The position numbers were made by a program, and so were the translations under genes. A stretch of DNA of 64,000 nucleotides from an uncultured virus (IMG/VR IMGVR_UViG_3300030060_001926) (taxonomy: Duplodnaviria; Heunggongvirae; Uroviricota; Caudoviricetes). Positions 20,280 through 29,872 of this stretch are shown in pieces. The notes beneath the pieces are model-generated. The model was not told the DNA's origin, ran no database searches, and worked only from the letters and a program-made list of their open reading frames with translations. Position 1 is the stretch's first letter; every line of letters begins with the position of its first letter. Where the stretch lies: IMG/VR virus record IMGVR_UViG_3300030060_001926, positions 1 through 64,000 of that record; one strand, written 5' to 3'.

Positions 20280-21656
20280 TTAGGCATCGTCGCCGAAGCC
20301 ACAGATAGCTGCACATAGTTCTGGACGTAGAACACCAGCACCACGCATGACCGAAGCCACGGTGAACTGAGTGTTACGACGTACATCTTGTACAGTATCG
20401 ACCTTCATACCTTGAAGGCTGAGGGATGCGACAGCATCTTGTTGCCAGATAAGAGCCTTAACTGGGAACATTGCATCGAACGAGTTGGTATCGCTAATCT
20501 TGCGAAGCTGCATGAAGTCAAAGTCATACTTAGCATCACCAAGATCAGTAACCTTAGTAAGTGCAGCCTGACCACCAGCGAACTTAGTGGCGCCAGTAGG
20601 ATCAAGAATAACGTTATCAAGGTCATCACGAATACCAGCAATATCCGAAGAAACTACTGAGTGGTTTGTTCCACCAAGCTCTACAGTTGCAGTTGGAATG
20701 TGGTTGGTCTTAAGGATGGTAGCACCCATGTAGGTAAGTGAATCTGTAAGAGCATTCATACCTGTAGTGTAAGGAGCACCAAGACCACCAGCTGCTGCAA
20801 CGCCACCAAACATAGGCTGTAGGTTGCCTACATTAGCTGGAGCATTACCAATAGTAGAGTTCTCTCTAGCAATACCAAGAGCACGAATGTCTTGGAAAGC
20901 TTGAGGAGTAACAGCAACATAAACACCTTCAGTAGGACCATCAATTTCTTGTAGTCTTACCATATATCTTTCGATATACTCTAGTAGTTTAAGGGCTGCG
21001 TTTGCACGCTGGTTGCTGTAGGCAGCACTGCCAAAGCCAAGGTAGTTGAAAGTAGCGGACGCTTCCATATCAAATGAACTTGCTGAAAGGTCAGTAGTTA
21101 CATCATCATGAGCACCAGCAAAGTTACCACCCTTGCTTACAGCAGGTGAACGAGCATCCATGAAAGCACCCTGTGCAATCATAGCTGCAATCTGCTTATC
21201 TCTTGCATTAGCGAGAGACAGACCGGCTTGACGAGCAAGCTCGGATCGGTATTCCCACTGAGTTAGCATGAGAGAAACATCATCTAGCTCAAAGAACGAA
21301 GCCATAGGCCGCGAATCAAGCGAGATGTCGAACCAACGGGGCTCAGAAATAGTGCTGGACCCGACGAGTTCTTCACCAGCTTTCCACTGAGCCTTATGAC
21401 CAACAGTACCAGTGATTGGGAATCGCATGGTAGTGCCAGAAGTAATAGCTCTAGTAGTAACTAGTGGTTCAAAAATGTTGTACTGGTCGTAAGCATTGAG
21501 TACTTCGCCAGACCAAATAGGAAGCCAGTAATTCTCATTACTAGCCGCAGCATTGCCATATTGGCCTACTGCTGCACCAGAGTTTGCACCGGGGGCTGTG
21601 CCGCCAGTAATCCAACCAGTTCCGTTAGTATCTAATGGATAAGCTTCATTAGCCAT
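20280..21656 (-). CDS. Major capsid protein (T7 gp10-like)
   Basis: 'WSGEVLNAY', 'RAITSGTTMRFPITG', 'YRSELARQAGLSLANARDKQI', C-term 'GAGVLRPELC'. Confidence 0.95.
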   Translation of the reverse strand: MANEAYPLDTNGTGWITGGTAPGANSGAAVGQYGNAAASNENYWLPIWSGEVLNAYDQYNIFEPLVTTRAITSGTTMRFPITGTVGHKAQWKAGEELVGSSTISEPRWFDISLDSRPMASFFELDDVSLMLTQWEYRSELARQAGLSLANARDKQIAAMIAQGAFMDARSPAVSKGGNFAGAHDDVTTDLSASSFDMEASATFNYLGFGSAAYSNQRANAALKLLEYIERYMVRLQEIDGPTEGVYVAVTPQAFQDIRALGIARENSTIGNAPANVGNLQPMFGGVAAAGGLGAPYTTGMNALTDSLTYMGATILKTNHIPTATVELGGTNHSVVSSDIAGIRDDLDNVILDPTGATKFAGGQAALTKVTDLGDAKYDFDFMQLRKISDTNSFDAMFPVKALIWQQDAVASLSLQGMKVDTVQDVRRNTQFTVASVMRGAGVLRPELCAAICGFGDDA

Positions 21657-21739
21657 TGAATAATCTCCTTAAGTTAGTTAATTAAAAATAAAAACTTTAG
21701 GTGTGATTATCCTAGTCCCCTCTCAAGGGATTGTTAGGG

Positions 21740-22675
21740 TCATCGACCTTTATAGCCATGTTGATGAGAAAGAACAATTCTTTGCTCAACTGCTTGCCGG
21801 AAAGCGGGGTCGGTACGATACCGAGGATCTGCAATAGCCGCTTTCATTTCTAATTCCGAAACAAAAGCTTGAGCTTCTGGTCCGGGCTTAGCTGGCTTGC
21901 CTGTCATGGCATTAGGTGTAGAAACAGCAGGCTCAGGTTGAGTTTCCTGAGTGGCGGTACTCGACTGAAAGCGTGCCTGAAGACCCATAAGAATAGATTG
22001 CGAGGCTGGACCCTGCAATCCTTGGTTCATAGCACTAATCTCTTCAGCCGGTAAGTTTTCACCGGCCCACTTTAGAATCCTTTTTAGATTATCCGCACCG
22101 CCGACAACCGAAGCGGACGAGTCAAATGCTTGCTTCTGCATTGCTTGTCTGCCACGAACCATTTGTTCAACAACAATAGGATCTGCGTTAAGTCTTTTAG
22201 CAACTTCCTTCTTTGTAGCTTCAGATAGATCACCACTTTGATCAATCTCCTTGCCCCACCGAGTCCAGTCTTCGGCTCCTACAGAACCATACTCTGGCTC
22301 TGCTGGCTTGGTTATCTGAAGTTCCTCAGGAACGTCACTAACGTCCTCAACAACAGGCTCTGCTGCTGGTTGTCTTTCAGCCTGCGGGTCATAATTTGGA
22401 TTACTAACCGCTGTTTCATTATAATTTTTCTTTAACTCAGCAATCTCTTGCCGAGACTTTGTATATTCGCCTTGCGCCTGCTTCAAAGAATTAAACCAAT
22501 CTTCTGCTGATTTAAAATTAGCTGGGATTGATTCGCCCTGTTCTTTTACATACCTTACAAACGCCGCGCGTTCGTTTGTAACTACAGGATCTTCAGTTGG
22601 TTCAGCAGGCATAACAATATCATTACCTACCTGAGTCCCCTCTGTGGATTGTTCAGGTGTTTCGTTTACTTCCAT
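21740..22675 (-). CDS. Capsid assembly scaffolding protein (T7 gp9-like)
   Basis: Acidic; 'VGG....ILKWAGENL' and C-term 'AIADPRYRTDPAFRQAVEQRI'; upstream of MCP. Confidence 0.92.
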   Translation of the reverse strand: MEVNETPEQSTEGTQVGNDIVMPAEPTEDPVVTNERAAFVRYVKEQGESIPANFKSAEDWFNSLKQAQGEYTKSRQEIAELKKNYNETAVSNPNYDPQAERQPAAEPVVEDVSDVPEELQITKPAEPEYGSVGAEDWTRWGKEIDQSGDLSEATKKEVAKRLNADPIVVEQMVRGRQAMQKQAFDSSASVVGGADNLKRILKWAGENLPAEEISAMNQGLQGPASQSILMGLQARFQSSTATQETQPEPAVSTPNAMTGKPAKPGPEAQAFVSELEMKAAIADPRYRTDPAFRQAVEQRIVLSHQHGYKGR

Positions 22676-22783
22676 TTAATTTTTTCTCCTTTGCGATAGT
22701 TCGCTTCTTCTTGCGAGTCGCCTTAGAACTATCAGGCTTTAAGCCCGTGTGTTTTTTTGCATATTCTTTAGGGTTGTGTGACC

Positions 22784-22945
22784 TCATCGGCCTCGTTTTC
22801 CCATCATACCGCGTACACCACGCTTCTTCATTTCATCAGCTCTTTTACGAAGTTTAGCACCACTACCCTTAGCAGCAGGCTTTGCACCAGCTTTCTTAGG
22901 TGGTCTTCCTCTTTTGCTTCCGTATGTTCCTTTTCCGTATGGCAT
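22784..22945 (-). CDS. Small basic protein with AT-hook-like KRGRPPK
   Basis: 53 aa from ATG 22945, MPYGKGTYGSKRGRPPKK... Confidence 0.65.
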   Translation of the reverse strand: MPYGKGTYGSKRGRPPKKAGAKPAAKGSGAKLRKRADEMKKRGVRGMMGKRGR

Positions 22946-23160
22946 TATTTTTTTCCTTTCTTTTTCCAAGAAATTCTAGCCGGACCCTTTTTAAGTTTCT
23001 TTCTAGAATTGCACTGCGCCTTGGTTGGTCGGCAAGCGGGGTAAGGTCGCTTGCTGCCGCCCTTAGCAGACTTTCTACCACATGGCTTACCAGTCTTACA
23101 GTCGACCCAACCCTTACCCTTGTTGCGACCAAACCATTTCTTTAGACCTTCTTTAGCCAT
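22945..23160 (-). CDS. Small basic Cys-containing phage protein
   Basis: 71 aa 'GLKKWF...WVD.KTGKPCGR...YPACRP'; TAATG-coupled. Confidence 0.7.
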   Translation of the reverse strand: MAKEGLKKWFGRNKGKGWVDCKTGKPCGRKSAKGGSKRPYPACRPTKAQCNSRKKLKKGPARISWKKKGKK

Positions 23161-23315
23161 TACTTTTTCCTCTTAGATTTATTGCCCCAGTTTTTAGCAC
23201 CAACCTTGCGGCACTTAACTAAAGCTCCAGAAGCATATGCACTAGGCCATTTGGTGTAACGGCTCTTAACTTTATTGTAACAAGCATCACGCTTTGCTTT
23301 TTTCTTTTTAGCCAT
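23160..23315 (-). CDS. Small basic phage protein (51 aa)
   Basis: Hand-translated MAKKKKAKRDACYNKVKSRYTKWPSAYASGALVKCRKVGAKNWGNKSKRKK; TAATG-coupled on both sides. Confidence 0.7.
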   Translation of the reverse strand: MAKKKKAKRDACYNKVKSRYTKWPSAYASGALVKCRKVGAKNWGNKSKRKK

Positions 23316-23581
23316 TAGCACTTCCACCTTCTGCGTGCTTTACGCAATCTGCTATTTGGGTCTTTAGCAGCTTTGGGAAACTTTTTCATTTGACCGGCTG
23401 ATCTAGCACAATAACTTTTCTTTCTAGATCCTCCTCCGGGTTGCGGAGCTTTGAGTTTAGAACCAGTCTTACGGTTAATCATACGTCTGCCCTTGGCGGT
23501 AAGGCCTCCTGCCTTACTTTTGCAACCATTGCCAATAGTACAGCCTTTCATGGCTCCCTTTTTCTTAGATTTAGTTGGCAT
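23315..23581 (-). CDS. Small basic phage protein (DUF6321-like, from memory)
   Basis: 88 aa 'GGLTAKGR...LKAPQ...RKKSYCARS.GQMKKFPKAAKDPNSRL...RWKC'. Confidence 0.7.
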   Translation of the reverse strand: MPTKSKKKGAMKGCTIGNGCKSKAGGLTAKGRRMINRKTGSKLKAPQPGGGSRKKSYCARSAGQMKKFPKAAKDPNSRLRKARRRWKC

Positions 23582-23584
23582 GGA

Positions 23585-23710
23585 TCACCCCCTCTTCAAT
23601 GGTTTTTTCTTGGCTGCTTTGGGCCTGTTCATTTTTAAAAATTTATCTGCGTCTTTATTAGTAAGCTTCATAGATTTACCACCGCAAGACGAAATATATT
23701 TCTTTTTCAT
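23585..23710 (-). CDS. Small basic protein (41 aa)
   Basis: ATG at 23710: MKKKYISSCGGKSMKLTNK... Confidence 0.5.
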   Translation of the reverse strand: MKKKYISSCGGKSMKLTNKDADKFLKMNRPKAAKKKPLKRG

Positions 23711-23711
23711 C

Positions 23712-23945
23712 TCACGGTCTGCCGCCGGAACCGGGGAGACGACCGCCACCGCTGAATCCGCCACCCCGTGACCGAATTGGAGTCTTTCGACCAGTAACAG
23801 TTCTGTTTGATCTAGTTCCGCCAGTTCTGCCTTCAACCTTCTTGCTCATCCTGCTTCCAGAAGTTTTTGCTTTAGCAGCAGTAGATCGCTTTTTCTTTTT
23901 TTTCTTTTTGTCTTGTTCTTTTTTGTGTTTTGGTGTGTGTGCCAT
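23712..23945 (-). CDS. Small Lys/Arg/Gly-rich protein
   Basis: 77 aa, poly-Lys tract, AAGGAG RBS. Confidence 0.6.
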   Translation of the reverse strand: MAHTPKHKKEQDKKKKKKKRSTAAKAKTSGSRMSKKVEGRTGGTRSNRTVTGRKTPIRSRGGGFSGGGRLPGSGGRP

Positions 23946-23962
23946 AATTTTCTCCTTTTGTT

Positions 23963-25030
23963 TTAATCTTCTGTTAGATCAATCATAGATGATATTCTAG
24001 GAGGGACACTCTTATAAGCATGGTTGTCTGGCAATTTAGACGTAAGCTTGAACTTATGTGCAAAGTACCCCTCTAACTCTTCACAAATAGTAGCTGAAAT
24101 ATTAGCAGAAGAATTAGGCCTTTCTACAATAAAACAACTTTCATATAAATCTACATCGCAAAAATTTGTGTCGCCAAGTAAAGTATATCCAGAACCCAGT
24201 GTTACATTAGTAGAGCCACCATCAATGTCTCTTCTGGTTTGACCAAGAGCAGTTATTTGGGTTCCGTTCCATCTACCAACGTGACTACTATTAACAGAAC
24301 CAACAATTAAAATACCAACATCATCAATGGTAAAAAGACTGTTAATAGGACAAACAGCATTAGTATTAGAAGCTCTTGTGGTAATATTAACTTTTCTCTC
24401 AGTTCCAGAAGTATCTAAATCTATTCTACAAAAACCATTGCTGTTAACTGCACCAATTTGAAACAAAGTGTCTACTGAATCTGTATCGGCAATACTAATA
24501 ACGCAAGCCATAATAAAATCTTTAGTAGCGTCAATATCAAGTTTACTAGTGGCTAGGTTACCAGAAAAAGTTATATCGTTTGATCCATCAAACACAGCTG
24601 GGTTATACTTGTTTTGCCCTTTAGCTCCTACAGATGGAGCACTGCCGGTTCCTGAGGTTATAAAATCAAAATTATTCATAGCGTCTTCAAGAGTATGCCA
24701 TCCTCCGGCTCCATCTTTTATCCAGTCTTCATTCTTTAAATAAAAAACTACTTCATGATCTGTTGAGTTAAGTGATGGCAAGCTTGATGCGGTAGCAGCG
24801 GGAGGGATTTTAAAATTCCACTCTAAATCCCAGTCCTCAGGAACTTTGTACTTAAAAAAAGTACGAGTTTGTAACAAGCTTTCCCTCATATCTAAAATGT
24901 AATCTTGCTCACCTCTTGCTAGTAAACTGGTTTGATTCATTTTTAAAGACAATTCGTTTCCTGAATTAAAATCTCCGTCAATAGATAAAGATTTTAGTTG
25001 TTCATGTTCTGGTAAAGAAAACTGACTCAT
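23963..25030 (-). CDS. Concanavalin/LamG-like beta-sandwich virion protein
   Basis: 'PAVFDGSND' and C-term 'LEGYFAHKFKL...LP.NHAYK..PP' motif; beta-rich. Confidence 0.55.
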   Translation of the reverse strand: MSQFSLPEHEQLKSLSIDGDFNSGNELSLKMNQTSLLARGEQDYILDMRESLLQTRTFFKYKVPEDWDLEWNFKIPPAATASSLPSLNSTDHEVVFYLKNEDWIKDGAGGWHTLEDAMNNFDFITSGTGSAPSVGAKGQNKYNPAVFDGSNDITFSGNLATSKLDIDATKDFIMACVISIADTDSVDTLFQIGAVNSNGFCRIDLDTSGTERKVNITTRASNTNAVCPINSLFTIDDVGILIVGSVNSSHVGRWNGTQITALGQTRRDIDGGSTNVTLGSGYTLLGDTNFCDVDLYESCFIVERPNSSANISATICEELEGYFAHKFKLTSKLPDNHAYKSVPPRISSMIDLTED

Positions 25031-26652
25031 TGTTGACCTCCTACACCAAACATTTGCATTGCTTGTTGGATAGCTTCAGGCGGAATATTTTGGCCGCCTG
25101 TCTCTTGAATATCTCTTCGTGCCGCATCACCAGCAACACCTGCTGCTTGTTGTGCAAGAATCTGTTGCATCTGAGCTTGTTGTTCAGCACTTTGTTTTTC
25201 TTGCTGCATTGCACGTTGTTCTTCCATAACTTCTTCTTCAGATTTAACCCAAAGTTTAGGATCAAAGCCAAGAGATAGAACAACAGCTCTAGAGAAAGCA
25301 TCCCACTTAAACATCTTCATGCCTGTTTCAGGTAAGTTTCTAACCATCTCACCTAATTGCATAAGCTTAGTTAGATCTCCCTCTCTAGACAAGGCTTGTA
25401 ATCCAGTAATGATTTCAATAGCAAGTAAACCCTGCTCTTCGTCAAACTGTTCTCGCATTCTTTCGTCAATCTCATCATTATTGATCATCAAAAGAATTGT
25501 TCGTCTAACTAAAGGTTCCATTAGTTCTCTTGCAATTGCGGAGAATGTACCACCCAAGATACCCTCAAGCTCATTACCAATAGCTCTAATTGCTGTAGCA
25601 GTAACTCTTTCTCCCTTGGGCATGGTTGCTGATTGCATTAAGAAACCAGCACCAACTTCTCTTCGCATTGTTTCTACAGCAGAAGAAGACACCTGTACCT
25701 GTGCGTTCATTGTAGAAGAAGGAGAGATAACAAACACATCTTGCTGCCGTGCTGCTACCCAGTCACCGTTCTGTGCAGATGATAGGTCATCAAGCTCTGA
25801 CAATCCAGCAGGGTCAACACCCATGAAGAATGTAGATCCTGCTGCCATTCCTTGAACCATCGACCGCGAGTATGCTTCCAAGGTAACGATGTCACCATAC
25901 AAGTCCTCAACGTGTGATCTGCCATAGTCTTCGTTGGCAACACCAGTCCAACGCAAGACAATAAAAGGACTAACTTCAAAGAAGCCACTATCAATAATCT
26001 CTTCATTTAATTCTTTTTCCATGTGCCACTGACCGTCATCTTGTAGGCAAATACGAATGTATACAGTATCATATCCATCCTGATCATTTTCACCATGTTG
26101 GAAACGGCGGGCCTCATCAACCTTTTCTTCATTAGGCTTAGAAAGATACTCAACATAGATAAGTTCTTTGACATCGCCTTGTACATTTCTTCTCACAACA
26201 AACTGATCTAATGGAATAACTCGGAAGGAGAAATCGTTATCCATAATAATTAAACAGTTACCAGTAACTACAAGATGTTGCAGTGCTAGATAGATAGCAT
26301 CTCGCATGTTGCGATTAAGCAACTTACGATAGATCTGTTGTGATAAAACTTCTAAATACTCATTAACAGAATGCTCTGGAGTACGTCCATTATTAAGACC
26401 AAGCTTAAAGAAAGCAGTATCATTAAGAGGAATAAGTGCCGAAAGAATTTTAGATGAAAGACTAGTCACTCCACGACTTGCCACACTAGAGTACTGTTGA
26501 ATCATTGGTTCTTGTTCGTCATAGTTTTCTGGCAATAATAGTGTAGGAATAGTCACAGCAGCACATGCTCTTGCCCTGTCAAGATAAAGCTCACGCTTTC
26601 TATCTAAAGCTTCCCATCTTTTTTTAATATTTTCTTCCGGTACTAAGCTCAT
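25027..26652 (-). CDS. Portal (head-tail connector, T7 gp8-like)
   Basis: 'TIPTL', 'SVASRGVTSLSSKILSALIP', 'EDYGRSHVE', 'ERVTATAIR...ELE..LGG.FS', Gln-rich C-terminus. Confidence 0.96.
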   Translation of the reverse strand: MSLVPEENIKKRWEALDRKRELYLDRARACAAVTIPTLLLPENYDEQEPMIQQYSSVASRGVTSLSSKILSALIPLNDTAFFKLGLNNGRTPEHSVNEYLEVLSQQIYRKLLNRNMRDAIYLALQHLVVTGNCLIIMDNDFSFRVIPLDQFVVRRNVQGDVKELIYVEYLSKPNEEKVDEARRFQHGENDQDGYDTVYIRICLQDDGQWHMEKELNEEIIDSGFFEVSPFIVLRWTGVANEDYGRSHVEDLYGDIVTLEAYSRSMVQGMAAGSTFFMGVDPAGLSELDDLSSAQNGDWVAARQQDVFVISPSSTMNAQVQVSSSAVETMRREVGAGFLMQSATMPKGERVTATAIRAIGNELEGILGGTFSAIARELMEPLVRRTILLMINNDEIDERMREQFDEEQGLLAIEIITGLQALSREGDLTKLMQLGEMVRNLPETGMKMFKWDAFSRAVVLSLGFDPKLWVKSEEEVMEEQRAMQQEKQSAEQQAQMQQILAQQAAGVAGDAARRDIQETGGQNIPPEAIQQAMQMFGVGGQQ

Positions 26653-26656
26653 TTAA

Positions 26657-27004
26657 TTACTCCAATTCCTCGCGAGGTGCATAATCTGGTTGTTCAATTT
26701 GAGGAGAGTCAAGATTAAGATTAGCAAATGCATCGCCATCATCTCCGCCTTCTTGGCCTTCAGCCTCAGCCATAATCATACCTTCACGCTGTTCTTCTTC
26801 TGCCATCTTTTGGGCTTTTTCTAACTCAGCGTCTCTACGTCTGTCTAATTCTTCAAGGCGTTCTTGTTCTCTACGAGCAGCGGCTCTTTCTTCTTGTCTA
26901 AGAGCAGCTTGTTCTTGCTGTTGAAAGGCCTCATTCTGTAGAGTCCTCTGCATGTTCATCATTTCGGACGCGCTTGGTCCACTGCTTCCACCTTTACCTC
27001 CCAT
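26657..27004 (-). CDS. Virion assembly protein (T7 gp7.3-position)
   Basis: 115 aa, MGGKGG start, charged helix, directly upstream of portal. Confidence 0.5.
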   Translation of the reverse strand: MGGKGGSSGPSASEMMNMQRTLQNEAFQQQEQAALRQEERAAARREQERLEELDRRRDAELEKAQKMAEEEQREGMIMAEAEGQEGGDDGDAFANLNLDSPQIEQPDYAPREELE

Positions 27005-27282
27005 TTTGAGTCTCCTTCCATTGCTGAATCTTTTGAAGTACTTGAAGTTTTCCGTACAGAACCCCCCTGTCGAACTCCGTCTTTTTTAGGTCGTCCCCTA
27101 CTAGCTTTCCGAACAGATTCTTTAGTTCCTCCATCAGCTCGTTCGTGATGTGAAAGTTTTTCTCGTTCATTTTGTGCCTCTAATAGGAGTGAAAAAATAT
27201 AATACAGGTCTGATGATCTTGGAATCAGTCCTCTATCAAACTTATATTTAATTGTTGTAAATTTTGTATCGTTAAAGTTCAT
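26959..27282 (-). CDS. Hypothetical protein with RGRPKK motif
   Basis: 107 aa ORF in operon context. Confidence 0.45.
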   Translation of the reverse strand: MNFNDTKFTTIKYKFDRGLIPRSSDLYYIFSLLLEAQNEREKLSHHERADGGTKESVRKASRGRPKKDGVRQGGSVRKTSSTSKDSAMEGDSKWEVKVEAVDQARPK

Positions 27283-27526
27283 TCAGTTCTCCGTCTTCAT
27301 CTTCAGATGCACCTTGTCCTACAAGGACATCCATATGAAAGTCTTTAGATTCTGGATCTATGTTCATGTTATCACACACTTTTGTTAAATCATGCATAAA
27401 AATATGAACCATTTCCATATTATTAAATGCTAACTTTACTCGGGTTCCATCTAAAGACATGAGCTTCGTACACTCTCGAACCGCTAGGTCGATGTCGTAT
27501 TCAGAATTAATTACATAGAAACTCAT
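27272..27526 (-). CDS. Hypothetical protein
   Basis: 84 aa with AAGGAGG RBS. Confidence 0.6.
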   Translation of the reverse strand: MSFYVINSEYDIDLAVRECTKLMSLDGTRVKLAFNNMEMVHIFMHDLTKVCDNMNIDPESKDFHMDVLVGQGASEDEDGELNEL

Positions 27527-27537
27527 GGTCCCCTCCT

Positions 27538-29427
27538 TTAAGTTACTTCACAGCCGCCCGCTGAGCAGCTGAGAGTATGGGTGTGCTTGGTGTCATCCTC
27601 TAGTTCATAACTAGATAGTAAACTCCAGTCAACATTGTGAGGCATTTCATCAACCATCATTGCATAAGTTACTTCATCAACTGCTTCAAACGGAGCTTGT
27701 TGATAAACATGGTCTTCCTTAGGTAGGAAAGAAATACCAGAAATAATATCCCATTCATTCCAAACCCACTGACCAATTTCCAAGAACTCATCATCTGTAT
27801 AGCTTACAGTAATGCTTGGCTTATGATCACAATAGTGTAGTTGGAAGTCTTGCCAATACTTAAGATGTTCTAATGCAACAAGGTCATCTTGTGTCATTGA
27901 ATCTTTTGGAGAAGCAATGGGAAATGAAAATACAATTGTATTGTCAGGTCGCATAACACAAGGTTCCCAAGGTACACCAGCATCTTTCATAAGCTGACCA
28001 ATGGGATCTTTAGAATCAAGACGAACTCTACGAATATAATACTTTGAATATCGTGGGTGCATACCAGATGCTGATCCGGCTACACAACTTGTTGTACCTT
28101 CTGGCTTAACACAAGTAATACTAGCACTTGGATTAATATCTAAATACTCTGCCCATTCACGGTTGGTTTCATGAGCAATTGTTTTCATGTCTTGCAGCAA
28201 GGACTCATTCCACAGATCGGGAACATCCATAATACCAGTAACAGAAACACCCAGCAGTCTTTCTTCATTACAATTATCACGGAATGTGTAGTCACCACGC
28301 TCTTCAAAATATGTAAAGTTAGTTAGTGCGGATTGTAGTGTACCTAAGATAGTTGCAAGATGAACTTTATCTAAAATCTTAGAGGGAGTATCAAGTTCTC
28401 TTGCTACAATAGTAGATAGGTTACAAAACTCTTTAGATCGCAGGATGATTTCAGAACAAGGGTTTGTTCCAAAGCTGTGTCCTTCAACACGGCGACCTGC
28501 CTTGCGAGCAATGCGTTCCATTGCTTCTCTGTTGCAGATGCCACGCTCGCCAGAGTGAGAGTCATATAATGCACTCCACTCCTGTAAGAACTCACTAAAG
28601 CTTGGCTTAGTTTCATAGACGGCTGAGTTGTTAGCAAGACTACGATGACCAGCGGTATCCCACCAAGCACCTGACTTACAAAGAGCCATGTCTCTATCAC
28701 CAAGATCACTCAAAGAAATAAGAGCAGAGCGACGAACACCACCACAAATAACAATTTCAGCAATCTGGCAAACAAGATCGTGTACCTCAATAGGCTTTAG
28801 CTTGCGTCCCTTTGCTTTGTGGAACATGCTTGCGGTAAATCTAATGAGTCTTTCGAGGGGTTCTGGACCAGAAGCTCGACCACCAAACGTTTTAAGTCTA
28901 GCCCCAGCAGGACGAACACGGCTAGCATCAATAGTGCTGTGATAGCCACTGTAAAGTCCATGAATAAATTTATGAAACGCATCTGCCCATCCTGCCCTTG
29001 AGTCTTCGACAACAATAACGTCATCTGTTTTATTAATTTCAGCCGGAATCTCAGGCAATCTGTTTACTGAGTTTGCCTCGCATGAGAACCCAACCCCTGT
29101 ACCACACATCAAGATATACATAATATTCCTAAAGTCCGAAGGTCGTTCTACAGCTATGTAAGAACAGTTATAGGACGCAACATCATCTACATCTAGTGCA
29201 GTACCAGCAGTCATAAGAGCCCGCATAGAGCCAAAGATTTCTCTGTCCTTCATCATACCACGACAGAGTTCTAGTTTGTCTCGCCACTCACCTGTAATGC
29301 TTAGTCTTTTAATCAAGTAATTAATGTATCTATCAACTGCTTGATCCCATGTTTCTCTTCTTCCCTCCTCGGGAATCCATCTACAGTAGCGTGAAATAGC
29401 TACAAAATCTTCAAAAATCTTTGACAT
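27538..29427 (-). CDS. nrdJ: Class II (adenosylcobalamin-dependent) ribonucleotide reductase
   Basis: 'SYNCSY', 'GTGVGFS', 'GGVRRSALISL', catalytic 'TNPCSEI', 'TCVKPEGT', C-term 'CSAGGCE'; no beta-subunit gene nearby. Confidence 0.93.
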   Translation of the reverse strand: MSKIFEDFVAISRYCRWIPEEGRRETWDQAVDRYINYLIKRLSITGEWRDKLELCRGMMKDREIFGSMRALMTAGTALDVDDVASYNCSYIAVERPSDFRNIMYILMCGTGVGFSCEANSVNRLPEIPAEINKTDDVIVVEDSRAGWADAFHKFIHGLYSGYHSTIDASRVRPAGARLKTFGGRASGPEPLERLIRFTASMFHKAKGRKLKPIEVHDLVCQIAEIVICGGVRRSALISLSDLGDRDMALCKSGAWWDTAGHRSLANNSAVYETKPSFSEFLQEWSALYDSHSGERGICNREAMERIARKAGRRVEGHSFGTNPCSEIILRSKEFCNLSTIVARELDTPSKILDKVHLATILGTLQSALTNFTYFEERGDYTFRDNCNEERLLGVSVTGIMDVPDLWNESLLQDMKTIAHETNREWAEYLDINPSASITCVKPEGTTSCVAGSASGMHPRYSKYYIRRVRLDSKDPIGQLMKDAGVPWEPCVMRPDNTIVFSFPIASPKDSMTQDDLVALEHLKYWQDFQLHYCDHKPSITVSYTDDEFLEIGQWVWNEWDIISGISFLPKEDHVYQQAPFEAVDEVTYAMMVDEMPHNVDWSLLSSYELEDDTKHTHTLSCSAGGCEVT

Positions 29428-29430
29428 TAA

Positions 29431-29847
29431 TTAAGCTCCAGTCGATCCAAAACCGCCATCTCCCCGCTCTGTCTCTGTAAGCTGTTCTACAACCTCGATT
29501 TTAGGACAGAAATACGGAACAATTACTAATTGTGCGACTCTATCTTGAGCCACAATAGTTTCACTGTGGGCATTATGATTCTTAATAAGACAAATAATCT
29601 CGCCTCTGTAGTCAGAATCAATGATTCCTACAGTATTTGCTAAGCCCAGCCCTTTCTTGCCGATGCTAGAACGAGGACAAAGCAATCCAAAATGGCCTTC
29701 TGGAATCTCAATATGAACCTTAGTTCTAATCTTTGCTGTGCTTTTTCTTGGGATCTCAACTGTTTCTGTACAGTACAGATCCATTCCAGCAGAGCGTTCT
29801 GTTCCACGGGTAGGAACACAACCATCCTCTTTAATTACAATCTTCAT
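29431..29847 (-). CDS. dut: Trimeric dUTPase
   Basis: 'SAGMDL', 'PRSS', 'GIIDSDYRGEI', 'RVAQL', 'RGDGGFGSTG'. Confidence 0.97.
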   Translation of the reverse strand: MKIVIKEDGCVPTRGTERSAGMDLYCTETVEIPRKSTAKIRTKVHIEIPEGHFGLLCPRSSIGKKGLGLANTVGIIDSDYRGEIICLIKNHNAHSETIVAQDRVAQLVIVPYFCPKIEVVEQLTETERGDGGFGSTGA

Positions 29848-29872
29848 AATTCTCCAATCGTTTGTCTATAAG

